DNA from: Opitutus sp. GAS368
Lineage (GTDB): Bacteria > Verrucomicrobiota > Verrucomicrobiia > Opitutales > Opitutaceae
Length of the DNA: 64,000 bases
Reading direction: 5' to 3'
Assembly (NCBI GenBank): GCA_943372705.1
Contig: CALRZR010000009.1
Span: 2,644 to 66,643, forward strand
Positions 25,387-34,752 of this stretch are shown one piece after another. The translations under genes and the position numbers were made by a program. Below the pieces are notes generated by a model. That model was not told where the DNA came from. It saw only the letters and a list, made by a program, of their open reading frames with translations, and did not search any database. Within the stretch, counting starts at the first letter, position 1. The number at the start of each line of letters is the position of its first letter.

Positions 25387-28179
25387 ATGAACGCCTTTCG
25401 TCGATTCACCGTCCTGTTTACATTGGTCGCCTGGCTGCTGCCCGCGGGGCAAGCGCAGACACCGGCCACCGGCACCCTGACAGGTCGGGTGACCGATGCG
25501 AAATCGCGGCTCGCGCTGAGCGGGGCGCGCGTGACGGTGAGCGGGACCGGGTTGGAAACCTTTGCGGCGCAGAGCGGCGACTATGCACTGGTCAACGTGC
25601 CGGCCGGGGCGCGCAGTGTCGTGGTGAGTTACGTCGGTTATCCCGATGCGACGCAGTTGGTGACGGTGGCCGCAGGCGGGGTCACCGCGGTGGACATTGC
25701 GGTCGGTGAATCGACGGTGCGCATGGAGAAATTTGTGATCCAAGGGTCGTCGGTGGGGTCGGCCCGTGCGATCAACCAGCAGCGTGCGGCGGATACGCTC
25801 ACAAACATCGTGGCGGCGGACGAGATCGGCCGGTTTCCGGACCAAAATGCGGCGGAGTCGATTCAGCGGATTCCGGGCGTGGCCCTCTACCGTGACCAAG
25901 GCGAGGGTCGCTTCATCGTCGTGCGCGGAATCAAGCCCGACCTGAACACGGTGCAGCTCAACGGAGTCAGTGTGGCCACGCCCGACCGCGGGAACCGCAC
26001 GCTGCCGCTCGACGTGATTCCCTCCGACGCGCTCGGGGCGATCGAAGTGGCGAAGGTGGCGACGCCCGACAAAGAGATGGACGGGCTGGGTGGACGGGTG
26101 GATCTGAAGACGCGCAGCGCATTCGATGTGAAAGAGCGCCAAGTGCTGATTTCGGCGCAGGGCCAGTATAACGACCTGCGTGACCGGCTCAGCAGCAAGT
26201 TCAACGGAACGTATTCGGACACGTTCAACGACGGCCGCATCGGCGTGATTTTTTCGCCGACCTGGCAGGACCGCCGGATGGGCTCGGACAATTTCGAAGT
26301 CGGTGGCGCGTGGACGCTGCGGCCGGTGCCGGGCGCGGCGGGACAGACGGCGTTCTTCAACAACGACATCAATTATCGCGCCTACGATCTGACGCGCACG
26401 CGCTACGGCGCAAACGGGGCGATCGAATTCAAGCCGGACCGCGAGACGTCGTTTTTTGTGCGCGGGCTCTATTCAAACTTCACGGACGCGGAGATCCGGC
26501 AGATCACGACGATTCCCTTTTCGGAGGGCACGCTCACGGCGCTTTCGCCGACGAGCGCCACGGTCACGGGCGTGCGCCGCGAGGCGAAACAGCTCCGCGT
26601 GCGGGCCAAGGAGCAAGAACTCTACAGTCTGAGCGCGGGCGGTGAGACCGCGCGGGGCACCTGGCTGCTCGACGGGCGCGCCGCCTACAGCGAGGGCCGG
26701 GAAGAGCGGCCGGAGAATGTAACGATCTTCCGCAAATCGACGCGCGGCACCGACTGGACCTATTCGTTTGCCAAGGGAATCTACGATCCGGTGGTCACGC
26801 AGACGGCGGGCACTTCGATCAGCGACCCGGCGTCGTTCAACGAATTCAACCGTTTGCGCAGCGCGCCGGCGACGGGCTATGAAAAGGAGTTCAATGTGGG
26901 CGGCAATGCCCGCAACCGTTTCACCCTCGCGGGGACGCTGCCGGCCTATGTGAAGTTCGGCGGGCAGTTTCGCGCGAAGGAAAAGCAACAGGAAGTGGAG
27001 CAGATCAACTACGCGGCTCCGGCGGGCTATACGTTTCAATCCCTCGCGGAACAGCAGTCCTCTTCGGACTACGGCTATCTCACCGGTCCCCGTCTGAGTG
27101 CGGCCAAGTTCACGACGGCCTTTATCGACAACAAGGCAGCCTACGTGGGCACACGCGACGTGGCCACGAGCCTGCAATCCGACTGGACCTCGAACGAAGA
27201 CGTGACGGCCCTCTATGCCATGGGCGGCGTCACGATGGATCGCCTGAATATTCTCACGGGAGCGCGGTTTGAATACACGAAGTTCGAGACGGAAGGCTAC
27301 CAGACCAAGTCTACGGGTGCGGCGATCACGGCGACGCCCGCCTCGCGGAACGCGCGCTTCCGGAATTTTCTCCCCGGTCTCTACCTCACCTACAACGTGT
27401 CCAAGCAGACAGTGCTGCGCGCGGCGTGGAGCAATACGTTTGCCCGCCCACAGTTTTCCGAGAATGCGATGCGGCGCACGGTGAGCGACGACAACCGACT
27501 CGTGACCGAGAGCAATCCCGGCCTCAAGCCGCTCACGTCGATGAACTGGGATGCGTCGGTGGAGCACTACTTCGCTTCGCTCGGCTCCGTATCCGCGTCG
27601 GTGTTTCACAAAGAAATCCGGAATTTCACCTACCAGCGCACGATCCCTGGGGCCGATGCGGCGACCGGCTACGACCTCAGCACGTTTGCGAACGGCGACA
27701 AAGGAGTGATCACCGGACTGGAGTTCGCCTATCAACAGCAGTTCAACTTTCTCCCGGCACCCTTCGATGGGCTCGGTTTCATGGCCAATTACACGATCGC
27801 CGACTCGTCGGCGAAATTTCCCGCCCGGCCCGGTGAGAAACTGCCCTTCATCGGGCAATCGCGGCGCATCGGCAATCTCGCGCTCACGTATGAGAAAAAC
27901 GGTTTCTTTGTGCGCGCCGCGCTGAATTTCCGTTCGCCCCGGTTGCGCGAAGACGAACCGCTCGGCGCGAATCCGGCCGAAGATATCTACGTGGACTACT
28001 TCACGCAGCTGGACCTGACGGGCAGCTACAAGCTGAGCGCCCGCTGGGAAATTTTCGGAGAGATCTTGAATGTGACCAACGAGGCGTTTCGCGTGCATTT
28101 CGCCGAAAGCGCGGGCCGCTTCCGGCAGCTTGAGGAATACGGCCCGAGCGCGAATTTTGGGCTGCGGTGGAAATTGTGA
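25387..28179 (+). CDS. TonB-dependent receptor with N-terminal carboxypeptidase-regulatory-like domain
   Basis: ATG at residue 24 of ORF 25318..28179 (MNAFRRFTVLFTLVAWLLPAGQA). CarbopepD_reg-like GTLTGRVTDAKSRLALSGARVTV. Plug domain (DTLTNIVAADEIGRFPDQNAAESIQRIPGV). C-terminal aromatic residue pattern ...NFGLRWKL. Confidence 0.9.
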   Translation: MNAFRRFTVLFTLVAWLLPAGQAQTPATGTLTGRVTDAKSRLALSGARVTVSGTGLETFAAQSGDYALVNVPAGARSVVVSYVGYPDATQLVTVAAGGVTAVDIAVGESTVRMEKFVIQGSSVGSARAINQQRAADTLTNIVAADEIGRFPDQNAAESIQRIPGVALYRDQGEGRFIVVRGIKPDLNTVQLNGVSVATPDRGNRTLPLDVIPSDALGAIEVAKVATPDKEMDGLGGRVDLKTRSAFDVKERQVLISAQGQYNDLRDRLSSKFNGTYSDTFNDGRIGVIFSPTWQDRRMGSDNFEVGGAWTLRPVPGAAGQTAFFNNDINYRAYDLTRTRYGANGAIEFKPDRETSFFVRGLYSNFTDAEIRQITTIPFSEGTLTALSPTSATVTGVRREAKQLRVRAKEQELYSLSAGGETARGTWLLDGRAAYSEGREERPENVTIFRKSTRGTDWTYSFAKGIYDPVVTQTAGTSISDPASFNEFNRLRSAPATGYEKEFNVGGNARNRFTLAGTLPAYVKFGGQFRAKEKQQEVEQINYAAPAGYTFQSLAEQQSSSDYGYLTGPRLSAAKFTTAFIDNKAAYVGTRDVATSLQSDWTSNEDVTALYAMGGVTMDRLNILTGARFEYTKFETEGYQTKSTGAAITATPASRNARFRNFLPGLYLTYNVSKQTVLRAAWSNTFARPQFSENAMRRTVSDDNRLVTESNPGLKPLTSMNWDASVEHYFASLGSVSASVFHKEIRNFTYQRTIPGADAATGYDLSTFANGDKGVITGLEFAYQQQFNFLPAPFDGLGFMANYTIADSSAKFPARPGEKLPFIGQSRRIGNLALTYEKNGFFVRAALNFRSPRLREDEPLGANPAEDIYVDYFTQLDLTGSYKLSARWEIFGEILNVTNEAFRVHFAESAGRFRQLEEYGPSANFGLRWKL

Positions 28180-28231
28180 GTGCACGGGCGGGGCGGTCGG
28201 CAGCTGGTCGCCCGCCAATCCGAAACGTCCG

Positions 28232-29284
28232 ATGAAGAAATTTCTGCTGATTCCGTTGTGCGCGATGGTGGCCGGTTGCGCGGAGCGGGTGCGGCCCGAT
28301 GCGGACGCGACCAACGCTCCGGTCAAACCGCGGGTCGTGACGGTGGCGCTGGCCCATGACACCGACGATCCGGCGATTTGGATCAATCGCGCCGATCTCG
28401 CGCAGAGCCTCGTGCTTGGCACGGACAAGGACACGGCGGGCGGGCTCTACGCGTTTGACCTGGCGGGGAAAATTGTCGCGCAGACGCCGCCGCTGAAACG
28501 GCCCAACAACGTCGATGTGGTGTCGGGGTTGGTATTGGGCGGGAAGGCGACCGATATCGCGGTGACGACGGAGCGGGAAGAGCGGCGGTTGCGGGTGTTC
28601 CGGCTGCCGGATCTCGCACCGTTGGACAAAGGCGATCTGACGGTGTTCGACGGAGACGCGGCCCGCGCGCCGATGGGCGTCGCGCTGTATCGGCGTCCCG
28701 GTGACGGGGCGGTGTTTGCGATCGTCGGCGGCAAGGGCGGGCCGGCGGAGGGTTATCTGTGGCAATACCGGCTCGAAGACGATGGCGCGGGCAAGGTGAA
28801 ACAGACGAAGGTGCGCGCGTTTGGCGCCTACAGCGGCAAGAAGGAAATCGAGGCCATCGCGGTCGATGCGGAACTCGGCTTCGTTTACTACAGCGACGAG
28901 CAGCACGGCGTGCACAAATACCGCGTCGATCCGGATGCTCCGGACGCCGCGAAGGAACTGGCGCTGTTTGGCACGACGGGATTTGCCAGCGATCACGAGG
29001 GTATTTCGATCTATCCGCAGGCGGGCGGCACGGGCTATATCATCGTGTCGAACCAGCAGGCGGACACGTTTCGGATTTTTCCGCGGGCGGGCACGCCGGG
29101 GAAGGCGCACGACCATCCGCTGCTCAAGAGCGTGCGGCTCTCGACGCGCGAGAGCGACGGCAGCGAGGTGACGCCGGTGGCGTTGCCCGGATTTCCCGGC
29201 GGGTTGTTTGTCGCGATGTCGACGGACCGGACTTTTCAGTTTTACGCGTGGGACGATCTCGCGGCGGCGGCGGGGCTGAAATAA
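28232..29284 (+). CDS. beta-propeller phytase (3-phytase family) lipoprotein
   Basis: ATG at residue 35 of ORF 28130..29284. Lipobox MKKFLLIPLCAMVAGCAE. BPP-like motifs DDPAIWINR, NNVDV, EIEAIAVDAELGFVYYSDE, SDHEGISIY. Confidence 0.8.
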   Translation: MKKFLLIPLCAMVAGCAERVRPDADATNAPVKPRVVTVALAHDTDDPAIWINRADLAQSLVLGTDKDTAGGLYAFDLAGKIVAQTPPLKRPNNVDVVSGLVLGGKATDIAVTTEREERRLRVFRLPDLAPLDKGDLTVFDGDAARAPMGVALYRRPGDGAVFAIVGGKGGPAEGYLWQYRLEDDGAGKVKQTKVRAFGAYSGKKEIEAIAVDAELGFVYYSDEQHGVHKYRVDPDAPDAAKELALFGTTGFASDHEGISIYPQAGGTGYIIVSNQQADTFRIFPRAGTPGKAHDHPLLKSVRLSTRESDGSEVTPVALPGFPGGLFVAMSTDRTFQFYAWDDLAAAAGLK

Positions 29285-29338
29285 GAAGTGGCGGAAGTGG
29301 GCCGGCTGGATGCACGCGAAGCGGAGCACGGCGAGCAA

Positions 29339-29362
29339 CGCGACGGGGGCGTCGCGTCCCCA
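29339..29362 (-). repeat. GC-rich hairpin repeat (family cgcgacg-gggg-cgtcgcg)
   Basis: Lies within a 28-nt identity to 12173-12200. Downstream of the phytase gene. Confidence 0.7.
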
Positions 29363-29513
29363 GCATCGCCGGGGCAAAGCGAAAGACTCTGGGATGCGGT
29401 GACTGGCCGGTGCGGGTGGAGCGGCGATTCGCGGAGGTGTGAACAAGTTTGTGACGGGCGGGGCCGTTGCGTGCTCGCCAAGAACGGCGGGAAACGCCTA
29501 CGGTGCGCGCCTT

Positions 29514-29789
29514 ATGTTCAAAGCCGTTTTCAAGACGCTCGCGCTGCTCGGGCTCCTTTTCATCATGCTCTACGTGGGCATGAACAATACCCACGAAATC
29601 AATTTCCATTTCCCGATCGCGGGGTGGACGGACAAGACGCCGGTGCGGGGGACGGCGGCACTGCTTTATTTCGGGGTGTTTGCGGTCGGCGTGCTTGCGG
29701 GCACGATTCTGCACAGCCTCAGCGGCAGCAGTGGTGGCGGGAGCGAAAAGGGCGGCGGGAAGAAGAGCGGCGGGTCGAAGGATCGCTGA
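29514..29789 (+). CDS. LapA/DUF1049-like small membrane protein
   Basis: ATG at residue 26 of ORF 29439..29789 (MFKAVFKTLALLGLLFIMLYVGMNN...). Two TM segments and a Gly/Ser/Lys-rich tail. Confidence 0.65.
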   Translation: MFKAVFKTLALLGLLFIMLYVGMNNTHEINFHFPIAGWTDKTPVRGTAALLYFGVFAVGVLAGTILHSLSGSSGGGSEKGGGKKSGGSKDR

Positions 29790-29813
29790 GCGGAACGGGA
29801 GGGCGCGAAGAAA

Positions 29814-29839
29814 GCGCGTTGAGGTCAACGCGCTCCACC
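29814..29839 (-). repeat. REP-like hairpin (GTGG-head type)
   Basis: Stem gcgcgttg/caacgcgc, loop aggt, tail tccacc. Lies between convergent genes. Confidence 0.7.
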
Positions 29840-29864
29840 AGCAAGGCGAGCCGGTCGTAATTGT

Positions 29865-30698
29865 TTACCCGAGGCGGGCGAGGACTTCGCGCGTGAGCGC
29901 GGCGAAGGCCTCGGCGCCGGGGGCGGAGGCGTTGTAGAGAGCGATGGGTTTGGCCTCCATCGGGGCTTCGCTGAGGCTGATGTTTTCCGGGATGACTGTC
30001 GGGAAAAAGTGGAGACGGCGAAATTCTTTTTCGGAGGGGAGGCGTTGCATCGTCTCCTGATGGAAATTTACGTGGCCGCGGACGCGGGTGAAGACGACGC
30101 CGAGGCAGCGGATCTTGAATTCGAGTTCTTCCTTCAGGTAGTCGAGGCGGTCGAGGAGGAGGGAGAGACCGACGGAGGAGAGGAAGTCGGGTTGCATCGG
30201 CACGAGGAAAAAGTCGCTCGCGTAGAGCGCGTTTTGCGTGGCGGTCTGGAGATTCGGCGGACAGTCGCAGAGGATGTAGTCGTAGTCCTCGATGACCTTG
30301 GCGAGTTTGCGGGAGAAGAGGCGCTCGCGACCGGGACGGGCGGCGAGATCGAGGTCGAGAAACGTGAGGCGCAGGTGGCTGGGCACGAGGTCGAGACCAG
30401 GGATTTCGGGGACGACGTTGTGCACGATGCAGTCGGCGAGCTTCGCGGGGTCGGCATCGCGTTTGCGGCGGGCGTCGAGCTCGAAGACGTCGGCCATGGT
30501 GCCGTGTTCGTCGGCCCATTTGGTCCACGCGGCCTCGGGCATGAGGCTGAGCGAGGCGTTGGACTGCGGGTCGAGGTCGACGAGGAGGACTTTCTTCTGG
30601 TGATCGCGCGCGAGGTAGGCGGCGAGGTTGACGGCGACGGTGGTTTTACCGACGCCGCCTTTCATATTGAGCAGGGAGATGACGGTGGCTTTGGACAT
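29865..30698 (-). CDS. ParA/MinD-family P-loop ATPase (no adjacent ParB seen)
   Basis: 277-aa ORF. Deviant Walker A NMKGGVGKTT. Walker B LVDLDPQ. Confidence 0.85.
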   Translation of the reverse strand: MSKATVISLLNMKGGVGKTTVAVNLAAYLARDHQKKVLLVDLDPQSNASLSLMPEAAWTKWADEHGTMADVFELDARRKRDADPAKLADCIVHNVVPEIPGLDLVPSHLRLTFLDLDLAARPGRERLFSRKLAKVIEDYDYILCDCPPNLQTATQNALYASDFFLVPMQPDFLSSVGLSLLLDRLDYLKEELEFKIRCLGVVFTRVRGHVNFHQETMQRLPSEKEFRRLHFFPTVIPENISLSEAPMEAKPIALYNASAPGAEAFAALTREVLARLG

Positions 30699-30781
30699 GG
30701 CGGGTGAACGGGGGATGGGGGCGAGCTTGAAGGTTGGACCGAGGAGAGGCGAAACGAGCGAGCGGAAGGTGTGCCGCGGTG

Positions 30782-31549
30782 TTAGGATTTTTGCGCGCGC
30801 CGCAGATTGTCACAAACGATGGCGGCGGCGATGGCGGCGTTGAGGGATTCGGCGCCGCCGAGGCGGGGAATGGTGACGCGGCGGGTGAGGCGGGCGGCGA
30901 CGGCGTGGGAAAGGCCGCGGCCCTCGCTGCCGATGACGACGATGGCGTCGCGCAGGGCGGGGAGCGTATGGACGTCTTCGCCGGCGAGGTCGCAGCCGAG
31001 GATGGGCGCGGTAGTGGTGGCGAGCGCGGTGGCGAGCTCGGCGGTGTGGGCGTGCACGCGGGCGAAGGAGCCCATGCTCGCGTTGATCACTTTCTGGTGA
31101 AAGAGATCGGCGCAATCGGGCGAGAGGACGACGCGGTCGAAGGCGAACCAGTCGGCGAGGCGGAGGAGCGTGCCGACGTTGCCGGGGTCTTGCACGCCAT
31201 CGAGCGCGAGGGTGAGGCCGCGGTCGAGGGCGCCCGGCGCGAGCGGACGACGTGCGATCGGACCGACGGCGAGGACGGCGGACGGCGTAGGGAAATGCGA
31301 GATGCGGGCCATCTCGTCGGGGGTGAGGGCGATCCGGCGCGGCAGGTTTGTCGCGGCGGGTGCGGGTGCGGGCGAGGCGGGCGGACTGAAGTCCGCCCTA
31401 CTGGTCGTGTAGATTTCGGTGAACGCGAAGTTGGCGGCGAGGAGTTCGGCGATGACTTTTTCGCCTTCGACTACGAAGAGGCCGAGGGCTTCGCGGTGCT
31501 TTTTTTCGCGCAGGGAGCGGAGACGGGACAGCTCGGCCTTGGTCAACAT
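30782..31549 (-). CDS. TrmH/SpoU-family RNA 2'-O-methyltransferase
   Basis: 255-aa ORF. SpoU motifs LDGVQDPGNVGTLLR, VVIGSEGRGLS, IPRLGGAESLNAAIAAAI. Carries an in-frame REP copy in the inter-domain linker. Confidence 0.85.
   Translation of the reverse strand: MLTKAELSRLRSLREKKHREALGLFVVEGEKVIAELLAANFAFTEIYTTSRADFSPPASPAPAPAATNLPRRIALTPDEMARISHFPTPSAVLAVGPIARRPLAPGALDRGLTLALDGVQDPGNVGTLLRLADWFAFDRVVLSPDCADLFHQKVINASMGSFARVHAHTAELATALATTTAPILGCDLAGEDVHTLPALRDAIVVIGSEGRGLSHAVAARLTRRVTIPRLGGAESLNAAIAAAIVCDNLRRAQKS
31379..31401 (-). repeat. REP-like hairpin (GTAG-head type) inside a coding sequence
   Basis: gggcggac-tgaa-gtccgccc-tac, identical in core to 8436-8458. Translated in frame as ...SRADFSPP... 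within the TrmH-family gene. Confidence 0.7.
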
Positions 31550-31595
31550 GCGGCGATGCTCGGCGGGGCCGGGCAGGGGCGCAAGCGCGGCGCGG

Positions 31596-33293
31596 TTACT
31601 CGCGTTCGGCGAGGATGCCGACGCCGTCGCCGGTCATGTCGAGGTGGTGCGCCGTCATGATGTAGTCGGCGCGACCGCCGGAAGAGACGAGGAGGCCGAT
31701 TTGAAAATTTTCTTTGGGGAGGAGCCACTTGCGGCGTTGAAAACGGAAGCCGGACTCGAGCCACTTTTCCTGCGGATGGGCGGCGGCGACATCGGCGCGC
31801 ACATGGTTGATCGTAGTAAAAATGTGCCGTGATTTGGCCGATTGGAAAATCACATGAATCTGGCCGGGAGCGGACGGCTGGCCGGCGCGGGCGACCCAAC
31901 CTTCGATGGAAAATTCGTGTTCGTTGACGATGATGCGGTCGACGAAATAGGTGAGATCGGCGGTGGGCTGGGCTTTGGGGAATTTGCGCGGCTGGCAGGC
32001 CAGCGGCATTTGGTAGAGCCCGGCGAGCTCGACCTCGCGAATGAGGTTGGTGGCGTAAGCGGGATCGGGGTGGAGCGTGAAGCGCCCCAGACCGTCGCGA
32101 CCGTGGCGTTGGTAATATTCGGCGGCGTTGTCACGGCAGATGACCCAACTGCGGGCGTCGTGGATGAAGGCGAAATTGGCGACGACGTTGAAGACAATGA
32201 GCGCGGGGAGGAGGCGGAGCAGGAGCCGGTAGGGGCGGGCGGCGTCGGTGTGCGCGGAGAATTGCACAAAGAGCACGAGGGCCCAGGCGAGGGCGCCGAG
32301 CACGTAGTAGCGCGAGTAGACGTGGCCGTGGGTGAGGGCGGCGCGGCCGACGGAAATGAGGCCGAGGGCGCCGATGGCCCAGAGGGCGAGAGGGATCGCG
32401 ATGCGTTCGCGGGCAAAAGCGCCGCGGTAGAGGGTCCAGCCGAGCAGGGCGAGCAGAGCGCCGCCGAGATAGGGCGCGACGGCGGTGGAGCCAAAGGCGA
32501 GCGGTGCACCGAGGAGAATCAGCCAGTAGTGCAGAATGACGACGAGGCCGCCGCCGGTGGCGGTGCCGATGTTGTGGCCGGGGTTGAAGTTGAAACCGAA
32601 AAAGAAAATGGCTGCGGCGAACGCGGCGGCCACGAGCCAGCCGATGAGGCGGGGCCAACGGCGCTCGACGGCGAGCACGAGGGCGCCGACGCCCCACACG
32701 ACGAGTCCGTGGGCGAGCGTAAACGTGGCGAGCAGGGCAAAAAAGATCGCGGTGAGAAAACCTGCGCGGGTGCCGCGCGAGAGGCCGACCACACTGGCGC
32801 CGGCGAGGAGGACGATCTGGAAGTGATCGATCGAGGCGCCGGACCACTGGAAGTTTTCGTAGTGCTCGAGTTGGAAGAGCAAAAAGGCGAGCAGCACGCC
32901 CATGAGCACGCGACGGACGGTCGTGCCGGCGGTGTAGACGAGGAGACCGCAGAGAGCGCAGATGAACAGATTGCCGATGGCACCGATGACGACAAAATTG
33001 ACGGTGCCGGTCGTCCAGTAAGAGGTGGCAAAGAGCAGGCGGCTGGTGAAGGTGCGGTGCTCGTTGCCCAACGCGAAGAGGTGGCCGAGGACTTGGGACC
33101 ACGTGGAATCGCCGTGCAAGCGCAGGAGCAGGAGGAGGGCGGTGTCGAGCTCGTCCCAGTAGGCGACATTGCGGGAAACGAGGAGCGCCCGCGTGAGAAT
33201 GAAGAGGACCGGCAGGAGGGCGACCGCGACGAGCACCCGGACGAGAGTGCGTTCGGAGCGGAAAAACGGAAGCCGGCCGGCGGGAGAAATCAT
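31596..33293 (-). CDS. polytopic membrane protein of unknown function with C-terminal soluble domain
   Basis: 565-aa ORF. About 10-11 hydrophobic segments over the first 400 aa or so, then a roughly 150-aa hydrophilic domain. Coding-like GC3. Confidence 0.75.
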   Translation of the reverse strand: MISPAGRLPFFRSERTLVRVLVAVALLPVLFILTRALLVSRNVAYWDELDTALLLLLRLHGDSTWSQVLGHLFALGNEHRTFTSRLLFATSYWTTGTVNFVVIGAIGNLFICALCGLLVYTAGTTVRRVLMGVLLAFLLFQLEHYENFQWSGASIDHFQIVLLAGASVVGLSRGTRAGFLTAIFFALLATFTLAHGLVVWGVGALVLAVERRWPRLIGWLVAAAFAAAIFFFGFNFNPGHNIGTATGGGLVVILHYWLILLGAPLAFGSTAVAPYLGGALLALLGWTLYRGAFARERIAIPLALWAIGALGLISVGRAALTHGHVYSRYYVLGALAWALVLFVQFSAHTDAARPYRLLLRLLPALIVFNVVANFAFIHDARSWVICRDNAAEYYQRHGRDGLGRFTLHPDPAYATNLIREVELAGLYQMPLACQPRKFPKAQPTADLTYFVDRIIVNEHEFSIEGWVARAGQPSAPGQIHVIFQSAKSRHIFTTINHVRADVAAAHPQEKWLESGFRFQRRKWLLPKENFQIGLLVSSGGRADYIMTAHHLDMTGDGVGILAERE

Positions 33294-33466
33294 GCGTGGG
33301 CGAAACCGAAGAAGAAGGATGAAGCGGAGCGTGGCGAGAGGAACAAGGGCTTATTCGTGACCGAACGGTCAGGTTCTGCTCGGCGGTGCGCCGGGTGCAA
33401 GGGCGGGCAGGGAAAACGGTCAAAGCTTTGGCTTTTCAAGCGGGGCTCGGACCGTAAGGTGGCGCG

Positions 33467-34684
33467 ATGAAGCGCCTGTCCCCCTGCTTGTTGCTCGCAC
33501 TGAGTTTATCGCTGATCGTCGCACCGTTTGCCTTTGCGGCGGGCGCGGCGGCGTCGGCTCCGTCGGACCGCTCGCCGGCGGCACCGATCGCGGCGGCGGT
33601 GACGACGGTCACGGGCATCGCGATCTCGCCGCTGCTCGGCACGGGCGCGTATGGCGCTTACCAATGGATGATGGCGAAAGACGACGCGGCGCGGGCGGCG
33701 CTGCCGTGGTATGCGCAGATCAGTTTCTTCGGTCCGGCGCTGTTGATCGTCGGCGCGTGTGCGGTGAAGGATGCGCTGGGCGCGGCGGTGCCGCCGGGCA
33801 TGAAAAAACCGCTCGATGTGCTGGAGACGATCGAGAACAAGGCGACGGGGCTCGTGGCGGCGGGGGCGGTGGTGCCGTTTACGATGAGTGCGCTCTCGGG
33901 GATGTTACTTGGTGGCAAAGTGGGCTCGACTGAGGCGGCACTATCGGCCGACGGGCTCGCGATGATCCAAGTGGGCGCGATGGATTTTTCGGCGGTGTTG
34001 AACGTGCTGACGGTGCCGTTCGGTTTGGCGGTGTTCGCCGTGGTGTGGATGGCGTCGCACGCGATCAACGTCCTGATCCTCCTCAGTCCGTGGGGCGCGA
34101 TCGATGCGGCACTGAAGGGTATGCGCACGGCGCTGCTGGGACTGCTCACGCTGAGCGCGACGATCAATCCGTGGCTGGGCGCGGTGCTCTCGCTGGTGGT
34201 GATCATCGTGGCGTGGCTGGTGGCGGGCTGGGCGTTTCGCCTGACGGTTTTTGGCTCGGTGTTTTGCTGGGATTTCTTCACGCGGCGGAGCGGACGGTTT
34301 TCGCCGAAGGAGAACGACAACCGGATGTTTGCGGGCGCGGCGCTGCCGGGAGTGCCGCTGCGGACCTACGGGCGGCTCGTGCAACGCACCGAGGGCGGTC
34401 TGGAATTTTTCTACCGTCCGTGGCTGTGGCTGCCGGAGCGCAGAGCGAAGGTCCCGATGTCGAACGCGCAGATTGCGATCGGGCGCGGGTTGTTTTTCTC
34501 GACGGTGACGGTGCAGGATGCGGGCACGTTGTTTTTGCTGCCGCCGCGCTACCGCGGGCATGAGGAAATTCTCGTGCGCGCCTACCAAATGGGCGGCGGG
34601 GTGCGCGAAGCGGGCCTGCGCAAGGCGTGGAGTGTGTTGCGCGAGTTGTTTGGCGGCGGCGCGGCGAAGACGCAGCTCGTCTGA
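33467..34684 (+). CDS. membrane protein of unknown function
   Basis: 405-aa ORF. Signal peptide MKRLSPCLLLALSLSLIVAPFAFA. Several TM segments, then a roughly 130-aa C-terminal soluble region. Confidence 0.7.
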   Translation: MKRLSPCLLLALSLSLIVAPFAFAAGAAASAPSDRSPAAPIAAAVTTVTGIAISPLLGTGAYGAYQWMMAKDDAARAALPWYAQISFFGPALLIVGACAVKDALGAAVPPGMKKPLDVLETIENKATGLVAAGAVVPFTMSALSGMLLGGKVGSTEAALSADGLAMIQVGAMDFSAVLNVLTVPFGLAVFAVVWMASHAINVLILLSPWGAIDAALKGMRTALLGLLTLSATINPWLGAVLSLVVIIVAWLVAGWAFRLTVFGSVFCWDFFTRRSGRFSPKENDNRMFAGAALPGVPLRTYGRLVQRTEGGLEFFYRPWLWLPERRAKVPMSNAQIAIGRGLFFSTVTVQDAGTLFLLPPRYRGHEEILVRAYQMGGGVREAGLRKAWSVLRELFGGGAAKTQLV

Positions 34685-34752
34685 GGGGGTGCGCGGGGCA
34701 GGCGGCGGAATGCGGCTTGCCCGCGGAGGGACTTCGGCGCGACGGTAGGTTC

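Noticed and set aside
26473-29446. 653-aa and 481-aa - strand ORFs across the TonB receptor and phytase genes
   Set aside because: Antisense, Arg-rich and motif-free. The + strand genes are well supported.
31842-33470. 542-aa + strand ORF, and 430-aa and 216-aa - strand alternative-frame ORFs over the polytopic membrane protein gene
   Set aside because: Gly/Glu/Asp-rich or Arg/Pro-rich composition. Only the 565-aa - strand frame gives regular hydrophobic helices.
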